This document shows, piece after piece, positions 26,801 through 39,487 of a stretch of DNA of 64,000 nt. The stretch is from Felis catus (taxonomy: Eukaryota). Position 1 is the first letter of the stretch; each line of letters opens with the position of its first letter. Made by a program: the position numbers and the translations under genes. The DNA lies in contig NC_058368.1 of NCBI RefSeq assembly GCF_018350175.1, forward strand, positions 221,032,001 through 221,096,000, read 5' to 3'. The notes under the pieces were generated by a model, which was given only the letters and a program-made list of their open reading frames with translations, was not told where the DNA came from and ran no database searches.

Positions 26801-27114
26801 TTCAGAGAATCCGTTCTCAGTTGAGGACGCTGGTTAGGACCTCTTTCCAGTTCAGCAAGCTTCCCTGAATCACCTGTAGAGGACGCTGTTGGTGCTGGGC
26901 TCAGATGCCTGGGAACTCCTGGTACTATTTCTGTATGCCTCTCTGCTTGTTTCAATGTGTCTGTTTCCCTCTAACAGCCAAGCTGTTACTCTCCTAGGGG
27001 AGATGGCCCACTAGAAACCGGAGCTTCATTACTAGGGGCCAATGTCACTCCTAGGGGACTATATCGCTCCATATCATGCTGGCCCATAGCCAATAACTAA
27101 ATTCAAGAGTCCAT

Positions 27115-27218
27115 GGGGTTCCTGGCTGGGTCAGTCAGAAGAGAATGTACCTCTTGATCTCAGGGTCGTGAGTTTGAGCCCCACGTTGGGTGTAGAGATT
27201 CAAAACAAAACAAAACAA
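27115..27218 (+). mobile_element. Short older tRNA-derived CAN-SINE without CT body
   Basis: ggggttcctggctgggtcagtc...gtcgtgagtttgagccccacgttgggtgtagagatt followed by (caaaa)n. Confidence 0.85.
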
Positions 27219-27446
27219 GGGGCGCCTGGGTGGCACAGTCGGTTAAGCGTCCGACTTCAGCCAGGTCACGATCCCGCGGTCCGTGGGTTCGAGCCCCGCG
27301 TCGGGCTCTGGGCTGATGGCTCAGAGCCTGGAGCCTGTTTCCGATTCTGTGTCTCCCTCTCTCTCTGCCCCTCCCCCGTTCATGCTCTGTCTCTCTCTGT
27401 CCCAAAAATAAATAAAAAACGTTGAAAAAAATTAAAAAAAAAAAAA
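27219..27446 (+). mobile_element. Young feline CAN-SINE nested in the tail of the preceding SINE
   Basis: Near-identical to 24919-25142; TSD aaaacaaaacaaaacaa. Confidence 0.97.
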
Positions 27447-27639
27447 CAAAACAAAACAAACAAAAACTACACAAAACCAAGGGTCTAAAACCCACTTTTC
27501 CTACCTCCAGTTTGACAAATTCAAATGACATTTTGTCTATCCTGTCTTTCAAGCTAACATAAGAGAATTGCAGTGGATTTTTTGAACTCAGGATGCACAA
27601 GTATGCTCAATGTTTCTTTTGGCTAAAATGTTAAATAGT

Positions 27640-28380
27640 AATTTACAAAGAAATCATACTGATAAGGAAATTGAATTAAAACCACAATGCGATTTGACAA
27701 TACAATATGCCGCTAACAGATAAGATACATTTTAGAAATGTGATTATAACAAATGTTACTAAAGGTGTGGGACAATGGAAATGCTACTACACTTCCATGG
27801 GAACAATTTAGGATTATTTGTTAAAGTTCCAAATACAGGTTCCATGTCGTTCGGTAATTCAAGCCCTGTATGTACAGACTTCATACGTTGATCAGGAGGC
27901 ATGTACAACGAAGTTCAAAGTATTAGTGGGGAAAAACTGGAAACTGTTCAAATGATATTAACATTAGAATGGATTAATATATTTTGTCATATTCATAAAT
28001 TATTGATTCCTATCACTGTGGATGCATTACGGTAATGGAATATGCGGTTAATAGGAAGAAAGTTACATAAGAATAGATAAAATTTGAGGTCATTTGCATT
28101 AAAGAGAAAATATATATAGCTTTGGTTAATAAATTCAGAAGTGCATACATACACTGCAAAATAATATAGAATATAAAGATTTATCTAATGGCAAACAAGG
28201 GGGAGTGCAGGCATCCGTAGAAACGGGGAGAAGAGGACACTGGAATTTCCCAGGTCTCTGGGGGGTGTTGTTTTTGTGGCCAGATGGTAGGCACATGTAT
28301 CTGTTGTTGTTGTTTTTTAATCTTCAGGCTATACGTGCATATTACTTATATAACTCTAAATATCACAGTAATTTTTAAAA
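27640..28380 (+). mobile_element. Old L1ME-like 3' fragment
   Basis: aattaaaaccacaatgcgat...aacaaatgtt...aaactggaaactgttcaaatg...agaatggattaat. Confidence 0.6.
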
Positions 28381-28873
28381 GAAATGAAATTTAGTCAGGC
28401 ATGAGAATAGCTTCTTCTAGTCATTACTGCTTTCTAAATGTCATAAGTGTTAATCTCTTCTACGGCATCACATAATGTTCCTCAGAATAAAAGTTGAGCT
28501 TAGCTCATATGTAAAATGTACCCTATTTTCTTCTTAATGTCTCTGATATTTCCCCATTTCTAGTTGTTGCCTGATAGGCACCAGCCCATCTTGCTCTCAT
28601 AAAACTTGGTATGAATTTCAATGCTCTCAGAAAAAAAAAAAATTTTTTCAAGATGCTAGTAAAAGAATTCAGGAACAAAACTTGGTGAAACTTTTCCACT
28701 TCCCCTATTTTTTAATGGACATGTCAGCCCATACTTATTTTGTTTTTCCATAGGAATTTGGTAAGAAGATCGAAAAATGTAATCAGAATATCTCCAATCC
28801 AACTGTTGGACTATGTCTCCCAGATCTTGAGTTTTCTTAGGACAGTAAAATACATAAGCAAAAGAATGGGTTT

Positions 28874-28876
<3 letters not shown>

Positions 28877-28921
<45 letters not shown>

Positions 28922-28940
28922 CATACACATACATACATAT
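28877..28940. repeat. (AT)n plus CA-rich compound microsatellite
   Basis: Seen directly in the sequence. Confidence 0.95.
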
Positions 28941-30884
28941 AATGTCAGACATGTATGGATAGATTTATTTTCTCATTTTTTAAATGTATCATTCAACTAG
29001 AGACAATGTCACCCAGGAAGGCATGCACACAAGCAAATGGAAACCACTGTTCTTAAGCCCCCTGCTTTGAATCAGGTGGACATCATAATTATAAATTGTA
29101 TATAGAAACGGGAACATTTACATGGTGAGGGGGTTAGGGGTTTAAATGCTTGATGTTAAGCACTATAGTTTGTAGAAATGACGGAAGTTCTAGGATTTTG
29201 TTATGTCCCTAGTTGTCTAAACCAGAGAAAACCAGAATGCATGCTGAGATAAATTTGATCACTCACAAAGTAGTTTCTTGGTTAAATCATTTTATTTAAA
29301 AGGCACTCACCACGGGAGAACAACACTATAATTTCGCCTAATTGAACTCTGAACCTAAAATACAGCAATACAAGAGAAGGAACAATTCAGGACAGAAATG
29401 ATCAAGTCAAATTAAATAGCAGTTTAATTTCCCTTCTGGAGAAATGTGTATTCAAGCCGTATTTCTTTAAAAAAAAAAAAAAAAAGATGAGGAAGGACAA
29501 CAACAAATAGCTAGTATGTTCTAGTTCCTTTCTGAACACACTGAACTCAGAGCTGTTAAAAAGGAGAGATTTTGAATTTCTGGAAGAAATGGAAACTGGT
29601 TTATTTATTTATTTCTTGTAAATTTATAGTCCAGTACCCTTCGCTGAGCCTTTAGGCGTATTTATAATCTGACACCATATTCTATAAAAAAAAAGTGAGA
29701 CTTTTTTACGAGCAGTTGCACATAGTTTAAATTGCTACAGCATAAAAGCATAATAGTGGCTAAATTACTAACTTGTACTAATATACTGAGAACATGCCCC
29801 TCCCATTTCATTAAAGAAAAATGCTGATAGTTCACACCAGGCTTTTAGACAAAAGTAATGCAGGCTTAGAAGGTGCAATTTTCATGTCCCTTCTGGAACA
29901 TGAACAATCCTAAGATGCAAATGCATGAGAAACAATCCCAAGTGAAAACATTGATACTTCAGGCAATGGCTATGGAAGTTTTTCTTATTAGTTGATTGAT
30001 TGATTGGTTGTCTTTTATTAGAAATAGGTGAAAAGAAGCTGAAATAAAGCCTCCAGTTAGTAATAAATATGTAAAGGTAGTGAAAAATGAGAAAATTTGA
30101 TAGACTTTATAGTTTCCTGATATGGGGCTACACAGTACAATGCTTCTGTCCCCTAGCTGGGTTGTTACAAAAGCTAATACATTTAAATGAGTTTAGAGTT
30201 ATGTCCCTTGTGATATTTGAGCATACTAAACTGTTTACAGAGGTTAATTTGGGACTACATAGGGAAGCAGTTTTCCAGCTGTAATTTAGGTTAGTTGTTC
30301 CTTTTAGGTTGTGAGGCAATCAAGTTTTCTCTGCAGTAAAGAAAATTTTAGGTCGTGTCACAAATTATTATGAACACAGCCACTTTCCTTGATGAGCATT
30401 GTGTAGATGATTCTGAAGATAGAAACAACTTGGCATTATGTCAGCACTTCAATATGTTTGCTGTTACCTGGACATAGTTGCTAACTGTCTAATTTACCTA
30501 AATTATCTCCGGGTGTCCTCTTAAATTGAAGATACAATCTTATTCTCACCATTCTATTAACTGCTGATAATCTGGGGAATTGTTTACGCTTTATCTAGTT
30601 TCCTTCTGGGCTGCCTCCCCACCTCAGCCTACACATTCTGGAGCTGCTTCAGGCTTATTACTATGATGTAGGAAGTTATTAAAATATGTTAATTTGCCTG
30701 ACTGACATGACTTTAAATTTAGCCCTCATAACTTCCTGCCTTCCAGGCTGTCCACACTGTGCAGTACCTGGAACGAGTTATTATTCTGCAATGAAATAGT
30801 TATTCAGGAAAAAAAAATACGATATGGCTTTCCTTTGTAACCATCTCCATGGTACCGTTCTGTAATTTAACTAAAATCAGTGGT

Positions 30885-31080
30885 CGCTAACATGTACTGA
30901 ATGCTTGCTCTGGGTCAAGCGGTCTCCTCCACACTTGGCATATTCTATGATTATCTGTGTTTTATAGATGAGAGTTGAGTGGTTGAGTAACTTTTACATC
31001 ATAGAACTAATCAGGGGCACAACCTAGAATCCTCTCCAGGCTGCCTGGCTCCAGGGTCAATGCTCCTACTACCATAATAT
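30885..31080 (-). mobile_element. MIR fragment
   Basis: gctaacatgtactgaatgctt...ttttatagatgag...gagtaactt...ggctgcctggctccagggtc. Confidence 0.65.
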
Positions 31081-31329
31081 ACCCTTTTAAATGTTACTAT
31101 AGGTAGAAAGAAAGGCAATCCTTCTACATTAAAAAAAAGTACCATTTTGTAAATATTATTCTAATGAAATCCAGGTAGAGACTTGTATTTGACCTTCAGG
31201 AAATGAGGAGTAACCGAAACAGCTTGTAAGTTCAGGGATTGAATCAAGTTTCAGAAAGTACAGTGCTGAGACCTGGAGAAAAGATTGGAAGCCATCTTTA
31301 CCTTGGCACACATGGTTTCTACACCCCAA

Positions 31330-31690
31330 TTCTCACTTCCACCTCCACGCTTTCCCTCTAATCCCAGTGCTTGCTCCACCGAACCATTGTCTGTTGTCCC
31401 AAGATTCTAGGACCATGATCCTCTGGGAGCCCTACATAGGATGACCCCTCTGTCCTCTCCATACCACACCTGACTTTCCTGGTTGCTGCCTTCAGGACTA
31501 TCCTTAAGGGATATTTCTTCTGCTTCTGCGTCTTTTACTTCTAAGGCTGGGTTAAAGAACCTGCTTAATACACAAAACACTATGGAACATAACATTAAAG
31601 CAAGTACGTTTTTACATATCTATTTCTCTCCACTCCTATAAAGGTACTAGATATCTCTTATTCACTTGCCTTCTGGTGTGCTATTCAAAA
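31330..31690 (+). mobile_element. L2 fragment
   Basis: ccttcaggactatccttaagggatatttcttc...cacaaaacactatggaacataac. Confidence 0.4.
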
Positions 31691-33507
31691 TTTCTAACAA
31701 CTGGTGGTGAGGCTATGCGCTTGGGTACATAATACCAGCCTGAAGATCGCCTTCCCTTCTCCAACCAGTCCATGTTCCAAGCCTCTCTGGACAGGGTGAA
31801 ATTTGGAGGGGTGTGTGTGTACATGTCTTGACTTCCTAAGATATGAGAAAGAAGACAGTGGTGAAGTCCACAAACCCACTGGTGGGATATTTCAGTGGTT
31901 GGCTGGACGTGGCTGTCATGCCATCAGAAATTATCCCGGCTTCGGCACTGAAACGGGGTCAAAGACTCCCCTGCTGTGACAGACATTGCACTGTAAGTTT
32001 GTAGATCCACTTCAAGTTTGCCAGTCTCAGGGGAATGGCAAATGGGATGGGAACTTTGAGAATCTCTGGGCAGTGGCTGTTTACCAAAATGTAAGGAAGT
32101 GTTGTGCTCATCTCTGCAGTTCAGAGTGCACAAAAGGCAATCGACTCACATTTAGGGAAGGATGCGAAAGAGGAAGAGGATGAAGAATTAGGTGGGGCAT
32201 GTCCATGCAGAATAACAGGGCCAGTGTTGCTAGAGAAGAGAGAACAAAGGGAAAAGTGAGGGAATGAGTTCAGAAAAGAAATCACATCACATGGCCTTCT
32301 GAAGGCCATCATGAGGAATTCAGATGGATTTTATTGTAAGTGCAAGAAGTTACCATTGTGTTTTATAAGCATACCACGTGTGTGCCCAAGTGTATTTGAC
32401 ATTAAATCATCTAAAGACCAGGCAACTTTTAGCTATGATAATCTTTGTAGGGAGAGATTGGAAATGATTTGAATTTTCCTGTCAAGGAAAATTACACACA
32501 GGTTTATACTCACTAACGTATTAGTAAATCCTCAAGTTTAAATGCAGCAGCAGCACAGATTGTAAGATGGCAAGTAATATGGATCATAGGGGGGAAAAGC
32601 CATGTTTAAATATGTTTTAAATTCCCGCATAGTCCATTCAAAAATAGACACATAGCAAATATCTCTCTCAAAAAATATTTATAAAAACAGCAACAACAAA
32701 TCCTCTAATTATACTTAACCCACTATGTAAGCGTTATGTTTTCTAATAGCCCATAAAGAGATAGCACTAAATGTGTTATTAAATGGAAAACAGAAAAAAA
32801 AAATCAGAAAGGAGCTCCCTGGTCTAGCCAGAAGCAGTTTGAAGACAAGTGTAGGATAGCATCTGTCATCTAAGGTTGGAATAGGAATTAATATTACAAA
32901 AACGTGCTTTGGGAAAAATGATAGTTTTATGATGTAGTTTATTTTTAATTAATGTTTCTGTTTTCTTGACATAACCTTCTATTCTAGGGAACCTAATTCC
33001 TACCTTTAAGGCTTTCCATGTGAATAAATAGAAAATGTGAATTGAGAAAGTTTCCTAGTGACCTCTCTCATTGACTTTGCCTTCCCTCTGTGAGGGGATG
33101 CTGTTGGGGGCATAGTGTCCAAGAATCTTTTTCTAATTTTGGGAAAAAAAGGGAAGCAGGGGAAAGAGGAAAGGCAGAGCTTATAAAGTTTTATCAAATA
33201 TTACCCAAGAAACTCGTATAAAAAGTGTCTTTTGTACTTCAAGGAGAGTTACCACTGCCCAGTCCCATTCATTGTGACACTTTACTGGAGAATCTAGTTT
33301 TTCCCAAACAGAAATTCTATTTCAGCAGCTTAGACAGGGCACACTGTGTATCCTAACAGTATGCATTGATAGCCTACAGTCCAGCACATGTTTTGGATTT
33401 TAGGGAGAGGAGACAGAATCCCCAATATCAAGGAACCTATCTAATGTTTTGCTCATCAGAGATCTTAAGAAATAAACATAAACATTTGAAGAAAAAATAA
33501 ATGTCTT

Positions 33508-33508
<1 letters not shown>

Positions 33509-33539
<31 letters not shown>
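33509..33539. repeat. (GT)n microsatellite
   Basis: Seen directly in the sequence. Confidence 0.97.
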
Positions 33540-33542
<3 letters not shown>

Positions 33543-33939
33543 ACATGTAAAATATATAGGGCTAAATAGTCTGTTGAAATAAAGTCGTAGCATTGTAACA
33601 TCACAATTTACCTGAATTATTTACGCCAAACTTTTAATTTTTAGAAGTGATTTCTTTCTTTCAAAAGTCAATTCGAGTTAATATGTTCCAGTCAAAAATT
33701 TATTCTGGTCATTATTCCTTGTTTCTTTTCTTTCTTCCTCTTTTAAACATGTATGACACCAATTGCATATTTGAGCAGCGATTTATATCTAAGTGTTGTT
33801 CAATAAACTTGAATTCATTTGTTCAGTTTGGGGAAATCCTCTCCCAAACTGAACTTACAACCTTCAATTTTATATTAAAACTCCCAAGAAGTCTTTGAGA
33901 CCTGGAAACTGAATTTTAAAAATTTAGATATACATTCAA

Positions 33940-34016
33940 ACACACACACACACACACACACAGACACACACAGACACACACACACGTATGTGTGTGTGTG
34001 TCTGTGTGTGTGTGTG
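33940..34016. repeat. (CA)n/(TG)n inverted microsatellite (palindrome)
   Basis: 22-bp perfect stem at 33964-33985 / 33990-34011 with a 4-nt loop. Confidence 0.9.
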
Positions 34017-35316
34017 CACATGGGTGTGTATTATAAAACTATATAAATACATCTTTACATACATAAATGCACTGATGAACAAGAGGATCATGTTGCAAAA
34101 AACTGTGTTCAAATAACATTCCGATGAGAACACTGTGTTTTGTATTAAAGGAGCAATAAAACAGCTTTTAGTGGCTCCTATAGGAAATCTACCTTTTATT
34201 AGCACACGTTACACCAGTACTGCAAATTTTGAAAATTTGTCACATCAGCAAAACAAGATATTTCATGAATCTTGGAGAGGGACATTTTGCATTGAGGCAA
34301 AATAAACATCACAGTTTTGTGTTCTCTATTTTCATTAGTCATTTTTTAAAAATGCAAAGCATTTCAGTTTTCAAGACTGTATGGGACCACTTGGGGGTGA
34401 AATAAAATAGATCGATGCCTGGTGACAGTCCTGAGGATGTAAAACAGTTGTTTTCACCTGCTGTGTCTCTGAGAGATGAATGAGGATAGCATTTAGATAT
34501 GTTTCTGGATTTGTGTAAAGAAAGGTCCTTTTTAATAGAACACCCAATAAAAATATAGTACTACTTCTTGAATCTACCTTTATTCTTCCAGAACTAGAAA
34601 GGTACAGAATTTACTTAGAAATCAGATGAGAAGAAGGAAATTCTGAGTCTTAGCTCTCACACTATTTAATTGAAAAACAAGTGTCTTTTTCTCTGTATGC
34701 TAATGTCTAAATGGAATTGATGTTAACCTGAGACGTCTACAAATCTAATATGACAATCCTTGCTTTTTACAGTTTTAAAATGAGTTCAAAGTAAGGATTT
34801 GAAAACCTTGTTACTGTCTGGAAAAAAAAATAATCCCCAGGGAAAAGGAATTAGAGGGAAAAGAAAAGGACCCTTGTGTGCACAATTATGTTCCACCAAA
34901 TGCTTTTGTGAAAGGAATAAAATAAGTATGGGTTTTCTTATATTCAAGTAATGAGAAGAGACAGTCCCTTTGATTTAATTACTTAATACTGGCATATTTC
35001 TGTCAAATAAATTTTCAAGGAAGAAAAATATTGTACCGCCAGTAATTATGTTAGTATTAAATGTTAAAGAAAAAAGACCTTATATCTCATTTTATATACT
35101 AGACCTTTCAGCATCTTGATTTTGTTCACTAAGGTAGGGGTGGAGGGCACGATAGGGTATTATATGGCAATCCCTTGACTGTATTCCTATGAGAGATGAT
35201 ACCATATTAAATTATTATTTAAATTTAATTATTAAAGTATTTATTATTTAGTTACTTTTTGTTATTAGGACCCCGCGTGTTCTTAGCATTGAATCTATTT
35301 AAAAAGTATTTGTCTT

Positions 35317-35539
35317 GGGGCGCCTGGGTGGCGCAGTCGGTTAAGCTTCCGACTTCAGCCAGGTCACGATCTTGCGGTCCATGAGTTCGAGCCCCGCGTC
35401 AGGCTCTGGGCTGATGTCTCGGAGCCTGGAGCCTGTTTCCGATTCTGTGTCCCCCTCTCTCTCTGCCCCTCCCCCGTTCATGCTCTGTCTCTCTCTGTCC
35501 TAAAAATAAATAAACGTTGAAAAAAAATTAAAAAAAAAA
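35317..35539 (+). mobile_element. Young feline CAN-SINE
   Basis: Perfect TSD aaaaagtatttgtctt at 35301-35316 and 35535-35550. Confidence 0.97.
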
Positions 35540-38347
35540 GTATTTGTCTTAAGAGCTTTCTGTAACTTTCTGTTGCCTATATCACTTAGCAATTATTGAA
35601 TTTGGGTGCATACACTTACTATTTAACACGCAAAATTACATGTCATGTCAGAGTAGAGAGGGATTGTCTTCCCTGTTTACAAGTATTTGAAGCAATTCTG
35701 GCTGAATCTAAGGACAAGGAAGCCAAAACTGCAGGCAGAATTAGTCTCATTCTGTCCTCAGGTTTACTCTGCATGTATTCTACCCCTGAGATGCTGCCAC
35801 CTTTAAAGAATCATAAAACTCTTAGAAGCACTTAGCCAGACATGAAATTGACAGCTTGGGTCTCAAATAAATTTAATAAGTTCTCAAATAAAGTAAACAG
35901 TGCATTAAAGGAAAATTATAGGATAAAGCATTTTTATTGTATTTCTTTAATCTTATGCTGACACTCTGACAGCACATGCTCATTAGCATAGGTTTTTAAG
36001 CATCTTAAATTCCAAAAGGATTTATGTAGGGTTCAAAGAGCCATTAGAATCTAGAGTACAATCCATTTATTTTTTCCCCAATGCCTTAGAAATAAGTCAA
36101 AGCCTTTTACATTACATTGTTATTTTAACATTTATATATAAAATTACATAGAAATAAAGTGCACCATTCTTGCAAAATGGTGTATATTATAAACAGTGAA
36201 GAAGTTAAGCAGTGATAGTTTATCTGTGTTGAGGAACAGGGAATTACTGTTCACGTTAGGTTTACTCAGGTACATAGTGGGGCTGATGGTGGCAAGAATA
36301 AGTCCAAATATGACATAGGACATAACTGTTAGGAAATGTGCTTAACAATATATAAGGCATGCTGATAGTATACCTGTGACTGTTTAAGTACACACACAAG
36401 TATTTACTAAGTACCAATTGCCGATTGGTAACTAATCCAAATTTTAGCAAATAGAATCTGCTCAAGCAATAGTTATCAAAGCAGACTTTGTCACTTGCCG
36501 TTTATGCACTTAAAGAAGAAAAAGGGAAAACAAAAGAAAGAAAAGGTTTGCATTTGATTATTGTAACTAAGGAGAATCAATTGTAACAGAAAATATAATC
36601 TCTCCATAAAGTACCACTTGGTCAAATAACTTTCCAAGCCTTGAGAATTTGTTTGAGAAAGCACTTAAAAATCACCCTAAACTCTATGTGGTTTTAAAAA
36701 GATGTGAGAAAATTGGGAGGTACCCATTAAATGGAATAGGTTGCCTTGTACGCTGACATTGGGAAATGAGCCCTGACAAGGGACAGATGCCCATGCTGAT
36801 CAACCTGCTGTGGAGCAAACAGCACTGCTTTGAAAATCTTCTGAGATGGTATTTCTGGTTTTAGGTTTTCAAAATGGACTTACAGATTGATTATGACCTA
36901 CATTGGTGCCTCTTTAGCACCTTTTCTGCACAGTGGTTCCAAGTGACTTTGACATAGCATGACGACTCAAAACCTTGGAATAATGATGCTGATGGAGGCA
37001 TCCTTGAGGAGATTTTTTGAGACGTAGCTGTTACAGTTAGCTTGAAAATGATTACTCTTCAATGTTACAACGATTATATTAAAAAATACCAGAAGTTGTA
37101 TTTAAAAAATATCCTTTGGTCATAGGGGCCATACTGACTGTATGGATTAAATCTTATGCAGTCCCCTCGCTTAGTGCGTTAGTCACCTCTCATCTGTCAC
37201 GACATAGTACTTGTGTGTCCCAAAACCAATGAGAGGACAATGGGCAGAGTTATAGGCAAAGTTACTTAGGAAACAGCCTTAGCAAGGTAGAGCACATGGT
37301 AGAATGTTCTGCTTGTGAATGTCTCCTGTCAAGTGTGTTATTAAAACACACAAAAGAACGGCAACAGTGTAGCAGACATCTACAGCATCTTATTATCCAA
37401 CAGTGTTTCCCACTCCCCCCGCCCCCGCCCTGGGGTCTAAACTGTTGAATACTTTTACTAATTAATTTGACATGTAAGTATCTCAAAATATCCTAATTAG
37501 GGCTTAGATTCTGGAAGTACATCTGTTCACTTTGCTTGTCGATAGACCAGAAAAGCAGAGAGAGGAAAAGAAAAAAGGAAAAAAAAAAAAAGATCCTGAG
37601 AAACCTCCTTTTTTGCTTTTATGAGAATCACAGCTATGTTTGTGTTACAGAACAACTAATTAAAAGACACATAACTTGTGCAAATACTTTCAGTTTTTTC
37701 TCTTTAATATCTCTCCTTGGCAATCTGCTCATAAAACCTATTCTTTTGGGTTTTTCTCCTTTAAATACTGTCATTCATCTGCTCTGCTCCCTGAATGGAA
37801 GCTGGAGCATACTTCAGGCATCAGTCCAACGCACTCCATTTACAAATAGGGAAAGTGAAACCATGGAGGCTAATGACTTCTTTCAAAATAGTGGAACTTT
37901 CGGAACAGTCATCCATAGTGATCCAGATCCAAGATCTCATCTTTTCCTGATTTATTTTGTTTTTTTTAAAGCTCCATCTTACTTACTGCTTCATAGAATG
38001 TCATCTCTGTGTCTTGATGGAGAGTGAAATCTAGTTTAGAATCATGGAAAATAATACGAAACGGTTAGTTTCACAATCACCAAAGATACTGAAGCAGTGT
38101 CAAAGAACATGGAGACTACAGAACAGATGGACTACTTCTGTTCTGATGGTCCACTTCTGTGGACCACTGATGTTCAGATGGTTCTGATGTTCAGATGGTC
38201 CACTTCTGTGGACCACTTCACTCCACTAGGTGCCTGGCCTTGCCATATTATTGTCAGCTCTGATCTGATAAATCAGGGTGTTGTCACATGTGAGTGATGT
38301 AGCATATGCAAATACCTCAAAGAGAGTTTTGCACTCAATAAGGGCTC

Positions 38348-38548
38348 TTTAATGTGTATTTGTTTTTGAGAGAGAGAAAGAGAGAGTGCGCCAGCCGAGG
38401 AGGGGCAGGGAAAGAGGAAGACAGAGAATCCAATGCAGGCTCCACGCTGTTGGCACAAAGCCTGAGGTGGGGCTCAAACCCGCTAACTGTGAGATCATGA
38501 CCCGAGCCAAAGTCAGATGCTCAATTGACTGAACTACCCAGCTGCCTC
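38348..38548 (-). mobile_element. CAN-SINE
   Basis: TSD ctcaataagggctcttt / ctcaataagagctcttt. Confidence 0.92.
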
Positions 38549-38809
38549 AATAAGAGCTCTTTAAATATGGCTTTTCTTTCTTCCCTTTCTTCTCTAAAGC
38601 AAAGAAACCTTACGTGTTTTGGGTAACAAATCAAAGCATATCATTGGGTAACATCATCAAAGCAGTTTGGAGGAGAGCTAATTATAAATTTGTTGTTGTT
38701 GTTTTGTGTCATATACTTGCAAGACTGTAAATTCTTTATTGAAGTAAATGAGTTAAAAATAGCATGCAAACTATAAGGAGCTCATGCCTAAAAACATTTG
38801 AAACAATGC

Positions 38810-39015
38810 TTTTTTTGTTTTTATTTTTATTTTTTAATACATTTTATTTCTGAGACGACATGAGCAGGGGGTGGGGAAGAAACAGGGAGACAGAGGATCC
38901 AAAGTGGGGTCTATGCTGATCGCAGCGGGCCTGATGTGGGGCTTGAACTCATGAACCCCAAGATCATGACCTGAGCTGAAGTCAGATGGTCAACCAACCG
39001 AGCCACCAGGTGCCC
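38810..39015 (-). mobile_element. CAN-SINE
   Basis: Ends ccaccaggtgccc; TSD acaatgctttttt / acaattctttttt. Confidence 0.92.
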
Positions 39016-39284
39016 TGACAATTCTTTTTTAAATTGCTAGTGGTGATTATTTTCATAACTTTGAATGTATGTACATACATATATCTATTTATAAACCTCC
39101 AACGAGTCAACCTTGCAGATGAAAAATGTAAAGATTTATTTAATATCTTTTCCCCCTTTCTTATTCAATACAAATTTGATATTTCTGTCAGTCCTATTTT
39201 TCTCTTGGTAATCTGAATAACATTAAAAATGTGCATGTGAATGAATGTCTTTTTCGTTATTTTGTGAAAATGTTTTAAAAAGCG

Positions 39285-39487
39285 TTTTTATTTATGTTGA
39301 GAGCAAGTGCACTGTGTGAGAGGGGGAAGAACACAGTGAGGTGGAGAGAGAGAATCCCAAGCAGGAATCCCAAGCAGGCTCCACCCTGTCAGCGCAGAGC
39401 CCCACACAGTGCTTGAACCTGTGAGACCAAGACCTGAGCTGAAATCCAGAGCCAGATGGTGAACCAACTGAGCCTCCCAGGCACCCC
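39285..39487 (-). mobile_element. CAN-SINE
   Basis: gaatcccaagcag is duplicated internally; ends ccaggcacccc. Confidence 0.9.

Noticed and set aside
27115..27200. tRNA-like A and B boxes
   Set aside because: This is a tRNA-derived SINE head with an A-rich tail, not an intact tRNA gene.
24862..27600. Near-identical ORFs (GAPGW..RLSVRLQPGHD...) suggesting a gene family
   Set aside because: They are translations of young SINE copies.
31936..31960. gcttcggca resembling the U6 snRNA 5' end or a UUCG hairpin
   Set aside because: Only 9 nt match, with a 2-bp stem.
31700..32120. Moderately GC-rich block with short ORFs
   Set aside because: Probably an old LTR fragment. No splice or coding support, and the family could not be assigned.
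37536..38027. Longest ORF in the track (163 aa)
   Set aside because: Non-ATG start, low-complexity K/F/L composition and no recognisable domain.
38147..38215. Palindromic repeats resembling a CRISPR array
   Set aside because: Only two units, the spacer is itself repeated, there are no cas genes, and the DNA is mammalian.
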